Shown here one piece after another: positions 53,956-63,986 of a stretch of 64,000 nt of DNA. Position 1 is the stretch's first letter; each line of letters begins with the position of its first letter. This stretch comes from an uncultured Clostridia bacterium (GTDB lineage Bacteria; Bacillota; Clostridia; TANB77; CAG-508), in the NCBI GenBank assembly GCA_934130935.1, contig CAKOYQ010000008.1:1865-65864 (forward strand), written 5' to 3'. The notes under the pieces are model-generated. The model did no database searches. It saw only the letters and a program-made list of their open reading frames with translations, and was not told the origin of the DNA. Both the position numbers and the translations under genes were made by a program.

Positions 53956-56463
53956 ATGAAGCTTATGTTTAGAAAAAAATGTATAGCACGAAAGATATTA
54001 ATAATTGTACTAATAGCACTGTCTTTAACATTTGCAATATCACAGTGTTATAGTGTTTATGCAGAGCCAACAAAAGTTGAGGAAGATGATTTGCCTGATG
54101 AAAGTTTGGGGAGTAGAATAATGGGATCGCTGCTAAAACAAATTATACAACTGATTGACTCTGTGGGTGATGTTATAATGGGAACATTGAATAAGTTTAT
54201 GCTAGGGGCTGACGGTTTTTCTTCTGCAATGTTATCAGTTGATGATGAAAACTTGGATCCAAATTCTGGTTCATGGTTAACAGAAAATTTAGGAGAGCCA
54301 GATTTTGATTATGGAGAGAATACTATAAATACAGCATTGTTTGGTAATGATAAATATGAAGTCCCTAATTTTTTATATTCACCAGAAGCAATATTCTCAA
54401 ATAATATAGCTGCTTTGGATGTTAACTTTTTAAATCCCAATAAATACACAGCAGTTTCAGAAAGTAAGGCGGCACAAGAAGCTTCAGTTTCAGCTGCAGG
54501 AACTGATGGACTAAGAAAAGTAATTTCTGACTGGTATATATCTTTTAGAAATATTGCTATAGTAGGATTGCTATCAGTATTAATTTATTTAGGAATTAGA
54601 ATTGTAATTAGTTCAACAGCAGTAGAAAAAGCTAAATATAAAGAAAATTTACAAAATTGGGTAGTCGCATTATGCTTAGTGTTTTTTATACATTTTATAA
54701 TGTCAGGATTATTAATGATAACAGATAAATTCAATAATTTATTTGAAAATACTGCAAATAGTGGAATTGTTGTTCAATCATTTTATGAACATAAAGGAAA
54801 AACAGAAATTAAATTTAGAACTAATCTTATTGGTTTTGTAAGATTTAATGCACAATCAGCAAGTGCATATGATACAGTAGCATATTCAATATTATATTTG
54901 ATATTAATTGTTTACACATGTAGATTTACATTTATGTATTTTAAGAGATTTTTATATATGGCATTTTTAACAATGATTGCACCATTAGTTGCGTTAACAT
55001 ATCCACTAGATAAAATGGGAGATGGTAAAGCACAAGCATTTAATGCATGGTTTAAGGAATATGTTACACATTTAATATTACAACCAGTACATTTGATATT
55101 ATATGTTGCTTTTGTATCATCAGCAATGGATTTGGTAAAGAATAATATTTTATATGGAATAGTTGCAATTGGATTTTTGATACCAGCAGAAAAATTAATT
55201 AAGGAAATGTTTAATATAGGAAGTGGTGCAAAAACAGCAGGAGGACTTGGTACTTTTGCAGGAGGAATGTTTGCCAAGAATTTACTTGATAAAGGAGTTG
55301 CTAAAATTGGCAAGGGAGGCAAATCAGGAGATGGTTCGAATAAATCAGGTTCTTCAGGTAATAACGACGAGTCTAATAATAAAATAAGAACTCAAGACAG
55401 AGATTTTGCACAATCATTTGCTGATGATGGAGGCAATCAAAATAATCCACAATTAAATGGCGGACAGGATAACAATGGAGATGAACAAGATGATGAAACA
55501 CAAAGAATGATGAATGACAGACAAGTATGGCAAGATATGGCAAATGACCCAAATGAGATAGAACAGGTTAGAAATGATGCTCAAAGAGAAGTTGATCAGA
55601 TAGATCAAAATATGCAAGGACGAGAGCCAGGAAATGTACCAACTATTAGACAACAAAATAACAACAGTACGCCTAAAGAACAGGATAAATGGAGAAGAAA
55701 GTTAGCAAAGAAAATGGCCATAAAAGGAGCTAAGAAAATAGGTAAAACAGCATTTAAAGGAGCTAAAGCACTTGGAGCTGGAGTACCTAGAGCTATAGGT
55801 GCTACAGTGGGAGGTGTGGCTGGGTTAGCTATGGGTGCTGCAACTGGAGACTTTTCTAAAACCTTACAATATATGGGAGTTGGAGCAATGACAGGAAATA
55901 CCATTGGCAAAGCGGGGGCTGATTTATCAAAAAGAGGTATTGATTCGGCTGTAGCTGGCATGAAAGGTTTGGGATATGAAAAAGACAAAGCAAAATACGG
56001 AATTGCATATGCTGCCGAAAAAGCAGAGATGAAACAAAATAAAAGAGCAAGAAGAGAGTTTATGAAGAGTAAAGAAGAGCAAGAAAAGTATGAAGAAATG
56101 GCAGGAAGAATTAGTAGGGCAACACAACAAGATGTAAGTGCAAAAGATTTAATGAGTGCTGCATTTGATTATAAGTTAGCAGGAATTACAGATGAAAAAC
56201 AAATCGAGAATGGACTAAAAATGGAAGCTAAATATGGGAAGGATAATAAAAATATTCACGAAAACATGATTGATATTGTTAATATGGCTAGTAGTTATGG
56301 AAAAGATTATGTCTTAGATGATAAAAAACGTAGTTCAATGCAAGATACAATAAAATCAAAAGTTAAAGGTGCAAAAAATCAAGATAAAGTTTGGGATTTA
56401 TATACAGAGGCATTGGGATTTGATAGTAATAGTTTAGGTGATAAATATAAGATGCAGAGATAA
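53956..56463 (+). CDS. TcpH/VirB6-like polytopic membrane protein with long C-terminal Gly/Ala-rich soluble region, 835 aa
   Basis: Signal/TM then at least 5 TM helices and a hydrophilic tail. Size matches TcpH of pCW3-type systems. Confidence 0.55.
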   Translation: MKLMFRKKCIARKILIIVLIALSLTFAISQCYSVYAEPTKVEEDDLPDESLGSRIMGSLLKQIIQLIDSVGDVIMGTLNKFMLGADGFSSAMLSVDDENLDPNSGSWLTENLGEPDFDYGENTINTALFGNDKYEVPNFLYSPEAIFSNNIAALDVNFLNPNKYTAVSESKAAQEASVSAAGTDGLRKVISDWYISFRNIAIVGLLSVLIYLGIRIVISSTAVEKAKYKENLQNWVVALCLVFFIHFIMSGLLMITDKFNNLFENTANSGIVVQSFYEHKGKTEIKFRTNLIGFVRFNAQSASAYDTVAYSILYLILIVYTCRFTFMYFKRFLYMAFLTMIAPLVALTYPLDKMGDGKAQAFNAWFKEYVTHLILQPVHLILYVAFVSSAMDLVKNNILYGIVAIGFLIPAEKLIKEMFNIGSGAKTAGGLGTFAGGMFAKNLLDKGVAKIGKGGKSGDGSNKSGSSGNNDESNNKIRTQDRDFAQSFADDGGNQNNPQLNGGQDNNGDEQDDETQRMMNDRQVWQDMANDPNEIEQVRNDAQREVDQIDQNMQGREPGNVPTIRQQNNNSTPKEQDKWRRKLAKKMAIKGAKKIGKTAFKGAKALGAGVPRAIGATVGGVAGLAMGAATGDFSKTLQYMGVGAMTGNTIGKAGADLSKRGIDSAVAGMKGLGYEKDKAKYGIAYAAEKAEMKQNKRARREFMKSKEEQEKYEEMAGRISRATQQDVSAKDLMSAAFDYKLAGITDEKQIENGLKMEAKYGKDNKNIHENMIDIVNMASSYGKDYVLDDKKRSSMQDTIKSKVKGAKNQDKVWDLYTEALGFDSNSLGDKYKMQR

Positions 56464-56518
56464 AAAAATAATTGATATAAAAATATATTATTATAAGTTG
56501 CAGGAAAGAGGATGAAGT

Positions 56519-57451
56519 ATGTATAAATTATGGAGATACTATAATCAAAATAGAGTAAAAGTATGGACTGTAATAATAACAATAATATTAGTATATTCTC
56601 TAATAAAAATATTAAATATACAGGCGAGAAATAAAAAGCCAGAAACAAAGAAAGAAACAACATCAAATGTTGTTTCTTATCGTAACGAAAGCGAATCAAT
56701 GGTATCTGGGAAAAGTATTCCAAATGAGTATAAAGATAAATTCGGAAGTTTTATAGATCAATTTTTTACAGCATGCATAGAACATGATATAAAAACAGCA
56801 TATAGCATGCTGTCAAATGATACTAAACAGGAGCTATATCAAACTGAAAAGCTTTTTGAGAAAAATTATTATGAAAATAAATTTACAGGAGATAAGCAGT
56901 TTTCATTTCAATCATGGTCAAATACTGATGGAGTATATATTTATCAAGTAAAAATATTTGACAATATGCTTTCTACAGGGAATACAAATGATAATTACAT
57001 AGAGGAATATGTAGCTTTAAAGGTTGAAAATGGAGAATATAAGCTAAACATAAACAGTTATTTAGGGAGAAATACAATAAATAAAAAAAGCGAAGATGAT
57101 AAATTAGCGGTTCAAGTAGTTAGGGCAGATAGGTATTTAGATTATGAAATCTATACAATAAATATCCAAAACAAAACTAACAAAAAATTAATATTAGATG
57201 CTAAAAGGAAAACAAATACTTGTTACGTTCAAGACAATTTAGATAATAAATTTGAGGCACTTTTGTATGAAAATAAAGATGAAGACCTAATATTTAATCC
57301 GAATGAGGTAAAAACAATACAAATAAAATTTAGTGATGCTAATAGGTCAAATATGAAAATAAAAAGTATTAATTTTACAGATATAGTATATAGTTCGGAA
57401 TACAACAATAATACTAATATTAAAGGCGAAAACTTTAAAATAGATATTTAG
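56519..57451 (+). CDS. Membrane-anchored extracytoplasmic protein (candidate VirB8/TcpC-like)
   Basis: Single N-terminal TM then a 280-aa soluble domain; position inside a T4SS operon. Confidence 0.35.
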   Translation: MYKLWRYYNQNRVKVWTVIITIILVYSLIKILNIQARNKKPETKKETTSNVVSYRNESESMVSGKSIPNEYKDKFGSFIDQFFTACIEHDIKTAYSMLSNDTKQELYQTEKLFEKNYYENKFTGDKQFSFQSWSNTDGVYIYQVKIFDNMLSTGNTNDNYIEEYVALKVENGEYKLNINSYLGRNTINKKSEDDKLAVQVVRADRYLDYEIYTINIQNKTNKKLILDAKRKTNTCYVQDNLDNKFEALLYENKDEDLIFNPNEVKTIQIKFSDANRSNMKIKSINFTDIVYSSEYNNNTNIKGENFKIDI

Positions 57452-57482
57452 AAAAAATAAAGCCAATAAAGAGGTGAAATAT

Positions 57483-58049
57483 TTGGGAATAATAAATAAT
57501 TTTAAAAATAAAGCAGAAGACGAAGCAAAAAAACAAGCTAAAAAAGTAGTAAAAAAAGCTGTTTTAAGTGCTTTGTTGTCAATAATGAATACATTGTTAC
57601 CAGTTTTATTAATTGGAATAGGAGGATTGGTGGTCCTTGGGCTTATCGATTGGGTTGTAGAAATATTTACTTCTGAAAATAATCCTGAATTAATATACGA
57701 ATCACTGGAAATTGAAAATGTTGCTGATTTGATTGAGATTAAAGGTGATGAACAAAATGGTTACTATTTGGATTTTATTGATGATATTGATAAGAAACTT
57801 GAAGATGTTATAGATAAATATAATAAATCTGCTGAATATCATAATCTTCCAGAAGATGTTAATTTTTTAAAAAAGATGTTAAAAGCAGAAGTATTTACTC
57901 AGCTTCCAAACCTGAAAGGAAATATACCAAGTGAATCTAAAGATGGATTTCAAGGTGCAATAAATATTAGAAGGGTAACACCGAATAAAAAACCACGGAG
58001 AAATGCAAAATACTGGCAAAGGAGAAACTTCTACTATCGAGCAAGCTAA
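57483..58049 (+). CDS. Small membrane protein; 3' end overlaps the hydrolase ORF in another frame
   Basis: RBS GAGGTGA then TTG 57483 (the track GTG 57474 is also possible). TM helix LLPVLLIGIGGLVVLGLIDWVV. Confidence 0.4.
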   Translation: MGIINNFKNKAEDEAKKQAKKVVKKAVLSALLSIMNTLLPVLLIGIGGLVVLGLIDWVVEIFTSENNPELIYESLEIENVADLIEIKGDEQNGYYLDFIDDIDKKLEDVIDKYNKSAEYHNLPEDVNFLKKMLKAEVFTQLPNLKGNIPSESKDGFQGAINIRRVTPNKKPRRNAKYWQRRNFYYRAS

Positions 58050-61000
58050 AGTTGACGAACCTGTTGAGATTACAGATAGAAATGATTTAAATAAATTAAA
58101 TAATATGTCTAATGGATCAAAACTTAGAATTATTCCAATAGACGCACCGCTCTATAAAAATATTAAAGGATACTGGACACCTATGACAGATGAAAAAGAT
58201 CCTAATAAGCAAATAAAATTACAAAAGGGTGATATAGTTACTTATAAAGGCGAGTATGAGACTTTTAAAAATGTTGTTACAGATGAGACAATCGCATATT
58301 TAAAGGTTACAACAGAAGATGAAAAAGAGGGATATGTTAAATTATCTACAGTGGAACTTGTACTAAATAATAATGATAATACTAAAACAGGAAAGATAAC
58401 AAACCAGAATTTAAAAAGTAATGTAACTTCCAGAGCAAAGGTTTCGGGAAAAACAATAGGACAAGATAAAGAAACATATGTAGTAGCAATAGCGGCAGGA
58501 AGAAACAATGAAGATGAAAAGGGTATAACTAATAAAGAAAAAAATTTAAAAGAAGAAGAGCTTACAATTAAGGTTGCAGAAAAAGTAAAGGAACTTCTAA
58601 GTGGATATACAAATATTAAAGTTGTACAAACTGGAAGTACGTCAAATAATCTAGGAGGAGTAAAGAATAAAGATAGAGCACAGCTAACTAGAGATGTAAA
58701 TCCAAATTTATGTATTCAGATATATTTTGGAGATGGTAATGATGTTGGTGTTGAAACAATATATAAAGAGGGAGACGATATTTCACAACAACTTGCAGAA
58801 ATATTAGCTAAAAACATGTCTTCTTCAATGGGACTTGAAAATTTAGGTGCCGGAGCAGATACTACTAAATGTAAAGATGCAGATGGAGCAAGTGCATCTT
58901 TAAGTATTATAGATAATGCAGCTGTAACAGGATTCCCATCAGTTGTAGCGATGGGGGGGAATTTAACTAAGGACCCTGATGCAAGTGTTATTGCTGGAGA
59001 TGGTGTTAATAAATATGCGCAAGCGATAGTTAACAGTATAGATGAATATTTTAAAGCAGATTATTCAGGACGTACATCAACAGAAGATGTGAATACAACT
59101 TATAAAGATAGTACAGAGTCAAGAATTATTAATATGAAGTATGTATCTCCAGAGAAGCTACAAAAATATGTAGATGGTGGCGATTTTGAAAACGCTTTAA
59201 AATCATATACAATAGATGATGAAAAAAATTTAGTAATTGTTACTTGGTCAAGAGGAGAAGATGGAAGTATTGAATTAAGAACTAATAATTCTATGAATTT
59301 GAAAACAGCATTAAAAAAATTTGTAATGCCATATGAATATTTATTATTTTTCTACATTGATACAGATTATGAAAAATTTGTAGATGATTTGGAAGAAGAA
59401 GTTATGAAAACTGAAATAGTTATGGCTGTACAAGATAATATAAGCACTACTAATACAACTGAAACAACAAAACAAAAAAAGGATGCAGATGTTGATAAGT
59501 TTGATGAAGATTGGCACGAGACAAACAAAAAGACTACACTAACCGAAAACGTAAGTACTACTGTGAATGTAACATATGTACAAAACTGGTGTGTAAAGGC
59601 ATATCAAGAAAATAGTTATAGTGAGGCAGTATTACAACTAGGAGACGAAGAAGAAAAAATTATAGATGTACCAGGTAAAGTTACAGAATCAACATCAAAT
59701 TCATCTACAACGGAAGAGGTTGTTAATAGTGGCAGTGAAACATATAATGAGATAGAAACAGATGCTAATGGTAATTCAACACAAGTACAAAAGAGTTATA
59801 ATTATAAGACATATGAACAAAAATTATCAAATATACATACGATTTCTAATTCATATGAGAGAGGAGAATACAAAACAGAAGGTAGAGAAAGTGTATTTGT
59901 AGAATTATATAATAAACATAATATGATAATGAAGGTTAGAACATCAGATTATTTATTTAAGATTATAGAAAATAATGAGAGAACAGCAGATTTATTAGAT
60001 TTAACTAAATACTTAATTTATAAAGCAACTAATATTCCTTGGGGAGTTTTGGAATTCGATTTTAGTATATTTGATTTAGAGCAATTTAATAGTATATCAA
60101 TGGGAGGATTAGATGCATTTATAAGATATTTAAATAAAATGGAAGGTAGTTTTGGTGAATCTCCAGATGGAACTAAATATGTAATAGGGGTTGATACAAA
60201 TGCAGGCAGTTTAGCGTTAGCACATGGTATTGATTTGACATATGGTGGATACAGGAAAAGATTTGAAGATGCAGGATATAAAATAAGGGCTGGAGAGTAT
60301 GTTGATAAAGAATTTGTAGACGGTATAGTAAAAGAAATAGTTTTAAAAGACTTAGATGAAGTAAATAAATTGGGATTAGATTTAACGCAATATCAAAAAT
60401 ATGCATTGGTATCCAGAATGTTTAATTGTGGTCATGCAGGAGCATTATTATACTCACGTGGTGGTAACAAGAATTTTGTTGAAGCATATAATCGTTATTG
60501 GGACCAAGAAAAAGATGATGAATATAAAGTGACTGAAAATGAAGGCATGTATAAACATAAACTCTATGAAACTTACATGAATAAGCCAGTTACTTCTCAA
60601 AGTGGTTATGTGCCTGGACTCGAAACAAGAAGGAGATCAGAATGGATTTTATTTAAAACAGGTTATTATACATATACAGGTGAATGGTGTTCTGATTCTT
60701 ATGGAGGAAATATAGTAGAAGCAGCTGCAACTGTGCATGATTATATATCTTCAAATGAATATTTATATTACACAGATGGAGGAGGAGGTTTGCCAAGTTC
60801 TTTAAAAAATGTAAAAAATACAAGATCTGTTTGTTGTGCAACATTTGTATCATGGACATTATATGAAGCAGGATATGATTGGATGGAACAGTGTCCAAAT
60901 ATAAATGCTTGTGCGTCATTATTACCATTCTTAATTAAGAATGGCGGAAACAAAATAATGAATCCAACACTAGATAAGTTACAACCTGGAGATATCTTAT

Positions 61001-61149
61001 TTTATGGTAGTGGAGGTTCAGACCATACAGATATATATATAGGAGATGGCTTATGGTATAATTGTGGAGACACTCCATCAACACGTAGAAAAAATCCATA
61101 TAAAAAGTCTTTAAGAGCTGATGTATATTGTATAATAAGATTTAATTAA
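58003..61149 (+). CDS. Multidomain peptidoglycan hydrolase (amidase_3-like + NlpC/P60 or CHAP), TcpG/TraG-like, 1048 aa
   Basis: VVAIAAGRNNEDEKGI...LTRDVNPNLCIQIYFGDGND matches the MurNAc-LAA family 3 amidases. The C-terminal VCCATFVSW...DHTDIYIGDG carries a Cys/His papain-like pair. Confidence 0.65.
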   Translation: MQNTGKGETSTIEQAKVDEPVEITDRNDLNKLNNMSNGSKLRIIPIDAPLYKNIKGYWTPMTDEKDPNKQIKLQKGDIVTYKGEYETFKNVVTDETIAYLKVTTEDEKEGYVKLSTVELVLNNNDNTKTGKITNQNLKSNVTSRAKVSGKTIGQDKETYVVAIAAGRNNEDEKGITNKEKNLKEEELTIKVAEKVKELLSGYTNIKVVQTGSTSNNLGGVKNKDRAQLTRDVNPNLCIQIYFGDGNDVGVETIYKEGDDISQQLAEILAKNMSSSMGLENLGAGADTTKCKDADGASASLSIIDNAAVTGFPSVVAMGGNLTKDPDASVIAGDGVNKYAQAIVNSIDEYFKADYSGRTSTEDVNTTYKDSTESRIINMKYVSPEKLQKYVDGGDFENALKSYTIDDEKNLVIVTWSRGEDGSIELRTNNSMNLKTALKKFVMPYEYLLFFYIDTDYEKFVDDLEEEVMKTEIVMAVQDNISTTNTTETTKQKKDADVDKFDEDWHETNKKTTLTENVSTTVNVTYVQNWCVKAYQENSYSEAVLQLGDEEEKIIDVPGKVTESTSNSSTTEEVVNSGSETYNEIETDANGNSTQVQKSYNYKTYEQKLSNIHTISNSYERGEYKTEGRESVFVELYNKHNMIMKVRTSDYLFKIIENNERTADLLDLTKYLIYKATNIPWGVLEFDFSIFDLEQFNSISMGGLDAFIRYLNKMEGSFGESPDGTKYVIGVDTNAGSLALAHGIDLTYGGYRKRFEDAGYKIRAGEYVDKEFVDGIVKEIVLKDLDEVNKLGLDLTQYQKYALVSRMFNCGHAGALLYSRGGNKNFVEAYNRYWDQEKDDEYKVTENEGMYKHKLYETYMNKPVTSQSGYVPGLETRRRSEWILFKTGYYTYTGEWCSDSYGGNIVEAAATVHDYISSNEYLYYTDGGGGLPSSLKNVKNTRSVCCATFVSWTLYEAGYDWMEQCPNINACASLLPFLIKNGGNKIMNPTLDKLQPGDILFYGSGGSDHTDIYIGDGLWYNCGDTPSTRRKNPYKKSLRADVYCIIRFN

Positions 61150-61159
61150 GGAGTTTATA

Positions 61160-62492
61160 ATGAATAATAAATATAAAATAATAAACATATTAATATGTCT
61201 TTTAATTATAATGATTTGTATTTTGACAGCGTGCATTATTATTATAAAAAATCATAATGCCAATCGGAAAAAATGAAGAGTTACCTACTGATACAACACC
61301 GATTGAACTTGAAGAAGATATACATGAAGTAGCAGAAAAAGGTTTGTACTATTGTATGAAAAATATTTGTGGAAAATATTATGAATATATTAATCAATAT
61401 AATACAGATACATATTATTCGAGATTAGAAGGTGAGATTACAGTTACTCCAGAAGAAAAACAAGACACATATGAAACTATTTGTAAGCTTTTGGATAGTG
61501 AGTATATTAAGGATAATAGTATTGAGGACAATTATATAAAAAAAATGCTAATCACGTATAAAGAATCTGATGATTTTGAAATTAATAAAATGTATTCTCA
61601 AGATATTGATGAAAACACAACAATTATGTGGGCAGAGATATCACTATTAAAAGAATATAAAAAAACAAATAACAATAAAGTAGTCATTGCTAAATTAGAT
61701 AGAAAAAATAGTTTGTTTTCTATAATACCTAAAGAAATAACAAGTCAACAAATATTGCAAGACAAAATTAATGTTTCGACTGATGAAATTGAAGAAAATA
61801 CATATAATAAATATAAATACCAAATTATTAGTGATGAACAAATAGTAAGTGATCTTTTAATGAAATATAAGTATGCAGTTTTGTATAATAGGGAAGATGC
61901 ATATGCTTTATTAGATAAAGAATATAGGGAAAAAAGATTTGGAGATTATAATACATTTAGTAAATATATTGACAATAATATAAAAGAAATAAATGCTTTA
62001 AGTTTTTCAAAATATTTGGTTAATAACTATAATGAATATAAAGAATATATATGTGCAGATGCAGAAGGAAATTTATATATATTTCATGACAAGTCTATTA
62101 TGAATTTTTCTGTAATATTAGATACATACACGGTAGTACTTCCACAGTTTACTGAAAAATATGATAGTGTAAATAATACAAAAAAAGTTGCAATGAATAT
62201 TGATAAAATAATTCAGGCTTTGAATGTCAAAGATAGTAAATATATTTATAGCAAACTTGATGATGTATTTAAGAAAAATAATTTTCCAACATTGAATGAT
62301 TTTCAAAATTATATTAATGAAAAATATCCATCAACGTATGATTTTGAATGTTCTACATATAATGAAGAAAATGGCGTACATGTACAAGATATAATACTTA
62401 AAGACAAGAAAAATCAAGAACAAATAGAGTCTTCAATAATAATGAAATTAAAAGATAATTATGATTTTGTAATGTCATTTACTATTAAGTAA
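61160..62492 (+). pseudogene. Lipoprotein gene interrupted by a frameshift at an A6 run (61268-61273)
   Basis: RBS AAGGAG 7 nt before ATG 61160. MNNKYKIINILICLLIIMICILTAC has the lipobox LTAC, then stops after 38 codons. Removing one A joins it in frame to the 411-aa ORF 61257..62492. Confidence 0.6.
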
Positions 62493-62537
62493 TAAATTAG
62501 CATCAAGAAGTTTATGAGAATAATTCGATAATATATA

Positions 62538-62590
62538 AATTTATGAAACATAAAGATAGAAGAAGTTGTCTTTATGTTTCATTTTTTATA
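62538..62590 (+). terminator. Terminator hairpin ATGAAACATAAAGA...TCTTTATGTTTCAT then T-run
   Basis: 14-bp perfect stem followed by TTTTTTA after the lipoprotein gene. Confidence 0.6.
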
Positions 62591-62642
62591 TTAATATTTA
62601 ATAAAAAATAATGATAATTACACTAGTATATTTGTATTAATT

Positions 62643-62671
62643 TTGACAAAATTAACATAAAGTGGTATAAT
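62643..62671 (+). promoter_or_regulatory. Consensus sigma-A promoter TTGACA-17-TATAAT
   Basis: Exact -35 and -10 hexamers with a 17-bp spacer, about 95 nt upstream of the small ORF. Confidence 0.75.
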
Positions 62672-62765
62672 AATATATATATAGGTATGTCCTATTTAGT
62701 ATATTGTCCTCGCGTTTAGAGAAAGTAAAAATCAACAAGAAAAATATTTTTTGGAGGTAAACAAT

Positions 62766-62912
62766 ATGTTGTTGGGTATTATTTTGGTTTTGGCAGGCAT
62801 TGGCTTGATTTGTAGTGGCATCTACGGTCTCTACAAAGGGGAGGAATCCCCTGCCACAATGATGTGGTTGATTATCGTTGGGGTTGCGATTGAACTCGCA
62901 GCTGTCAAATAA
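62766..62912 (+). CDS. GC-rich 48-aa two-helix membrane peptide (MLLGIILVLAGIGLICSGIYGLYKGEESPATMMWLIIVGVAIELAAVK)
   Basis: RBS GGAGG 8 nt upstream. Local GC far above background, with atypical codons (GGC, CTC, GCC, ATC, TAC). Own promoter and terminator. Below the 60-aa track cutoff. Confidence 0.6.
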   Translation: MLLGIILVLAGIGLICSGIYGLYKGEESPATMMWLIIVGVAIELAAVK

Positions 62913-62929
62913 TAATCTTCCAACTAATC

Positions 62930-62966
62930 TCGCATGGACCAATAAAGATTTTATATCTTTATTGGT
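62930..62966 (+). terminator. Rho-independent terminator CCAATAAAGAT-TTTAT-ATCTTTATTGG then T-rich
   Basis: 11-bp perfect stem followed by TGTATTTTTA. Confidence 0.75.
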
Positions 62967-63087
62967 GTATTTTTATGATTAAATATAGTTAAAAATTAAA
63001 AACAACATAAAGAATGTAATATATAAGTTGAAAAAATAGAAGAAATAAGTTATAATTAATATAGAGAATAAGAAGGAGGGGGATATT

Positions 63088-63579
63088 ATGCAGAAATATA
63101 TTTTTAAAATTTTATCCATATGTATTATTATGATATTTATAATTGGTAATATTTCCTTTGTAAACGCTAAGGAAACAGTAGCGGAGATAGATGAATCTGC
63201 AGTGGCAGAGGATATTACTAAGAATTGTATTTTGGTTGGAACGATATATAAACAACCTAAAAAAGAAGATAGTACAGATGCTGGAAAAAGTTTGGATGAT
63301 TCAATAAATGATGCGGATAGTTTTATACAAGAAGGAGAAGTAAAGTATGGTAATGGCCTATCAGATGTATCAAATACAATATATAATATTTTATTAACAG
63401 TTGGTGTTATAGCAGCAGTACTTGTAGGAGCGGTCATAGGGATAAAATTAATGGCATCAGGAATAGAAGGAAAAGTTGAAGCTAAACAGTTATTAGTACC
63501 ATATGTAGTGGGATGTGTAATGATATTTTGTGGATTTGGAATATGGAAATTGATTGTAACGATATTACAAAATGTATAA
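63088..63579 (+). CDS. VirB2/TrbC-like pilin-family protein, 163 aa
   Basis: RBS AAGGAGGGGG. Signal peptide. C-terminal helices match those of 50010 and 63735. Confidence 0.55.
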   Translation: MQKYIFKILSICIIMIFIIGNISFVNAKETVAEIDESAVAEDITKNCILVGTIYKQPKKEDSTDAGKSLDDSINDADSFIQEGEVKYGNGLSDVSNTIYNILLTVGVIAAVLVGAVIGIKLMASGIEGKVEAKQLLVPYVVGCVMIFCGFGIWKLIVTILQNV

Positions 63580-63601
63580 ATTTATTTAAGGAGATAAATA
63601 T

Positions 63602-63986
63602 ATGAAATATTTAAAAATGCTAAAAAGAATAGTTTGTATAATATTAAGTGTAATGGTAATAAGCAATATATTTTATAGTAGTATAGTGTATTCTACAAGT
63701 GGAACATCAACATTAGGTCCGCTTAATTCGTATAATGGTCGGAAGTGGAGGAACTTCAACAAAATTGCAAACTAAAGCAGAGATTATATTAGGGGTAATT
63801 CAAACTGTGGGAACTATAATATCTGTTATTGTTCTTATGATAATAGGAATAAAATACATGCTTGGTAGCGTAGAAGAAAGATCGGAATACAAAAAAAGTA
63901 TGGTTCCGTATTTAATAGGTGCAGTTTTATTATTTTCGGGAACAGCCATACCACAGATTATATATACACTATCACATAATCTATAA
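63602..63986 (+). pseudogene. Frameshifted VirB2-like pilin paralog (signal-peptide ORF 63602-63775 plus body ORF 63735-63986 in another frame)
   Basis: MKYLKMLKRIVCIILSVMVISNIF... is a signal peptide in one frame and ends at 63775. The pilin body begins in another frame at 63735. The junction has a near-duplicated GGAAC(A/T)TCAACA motif. Confidence 0.5.

Noticed and set aside
62652-62942. 96-aa minus-strand ORF antisense to the GC-rich micro-gene
   Set aside because: The plus-strand 48-aa ORF has the RBS, promoter, terminator and a membrane-peptide-like sequence, while the minus ORF has none and is Q/N-rich nonsense. An antisense RNA is still possible.
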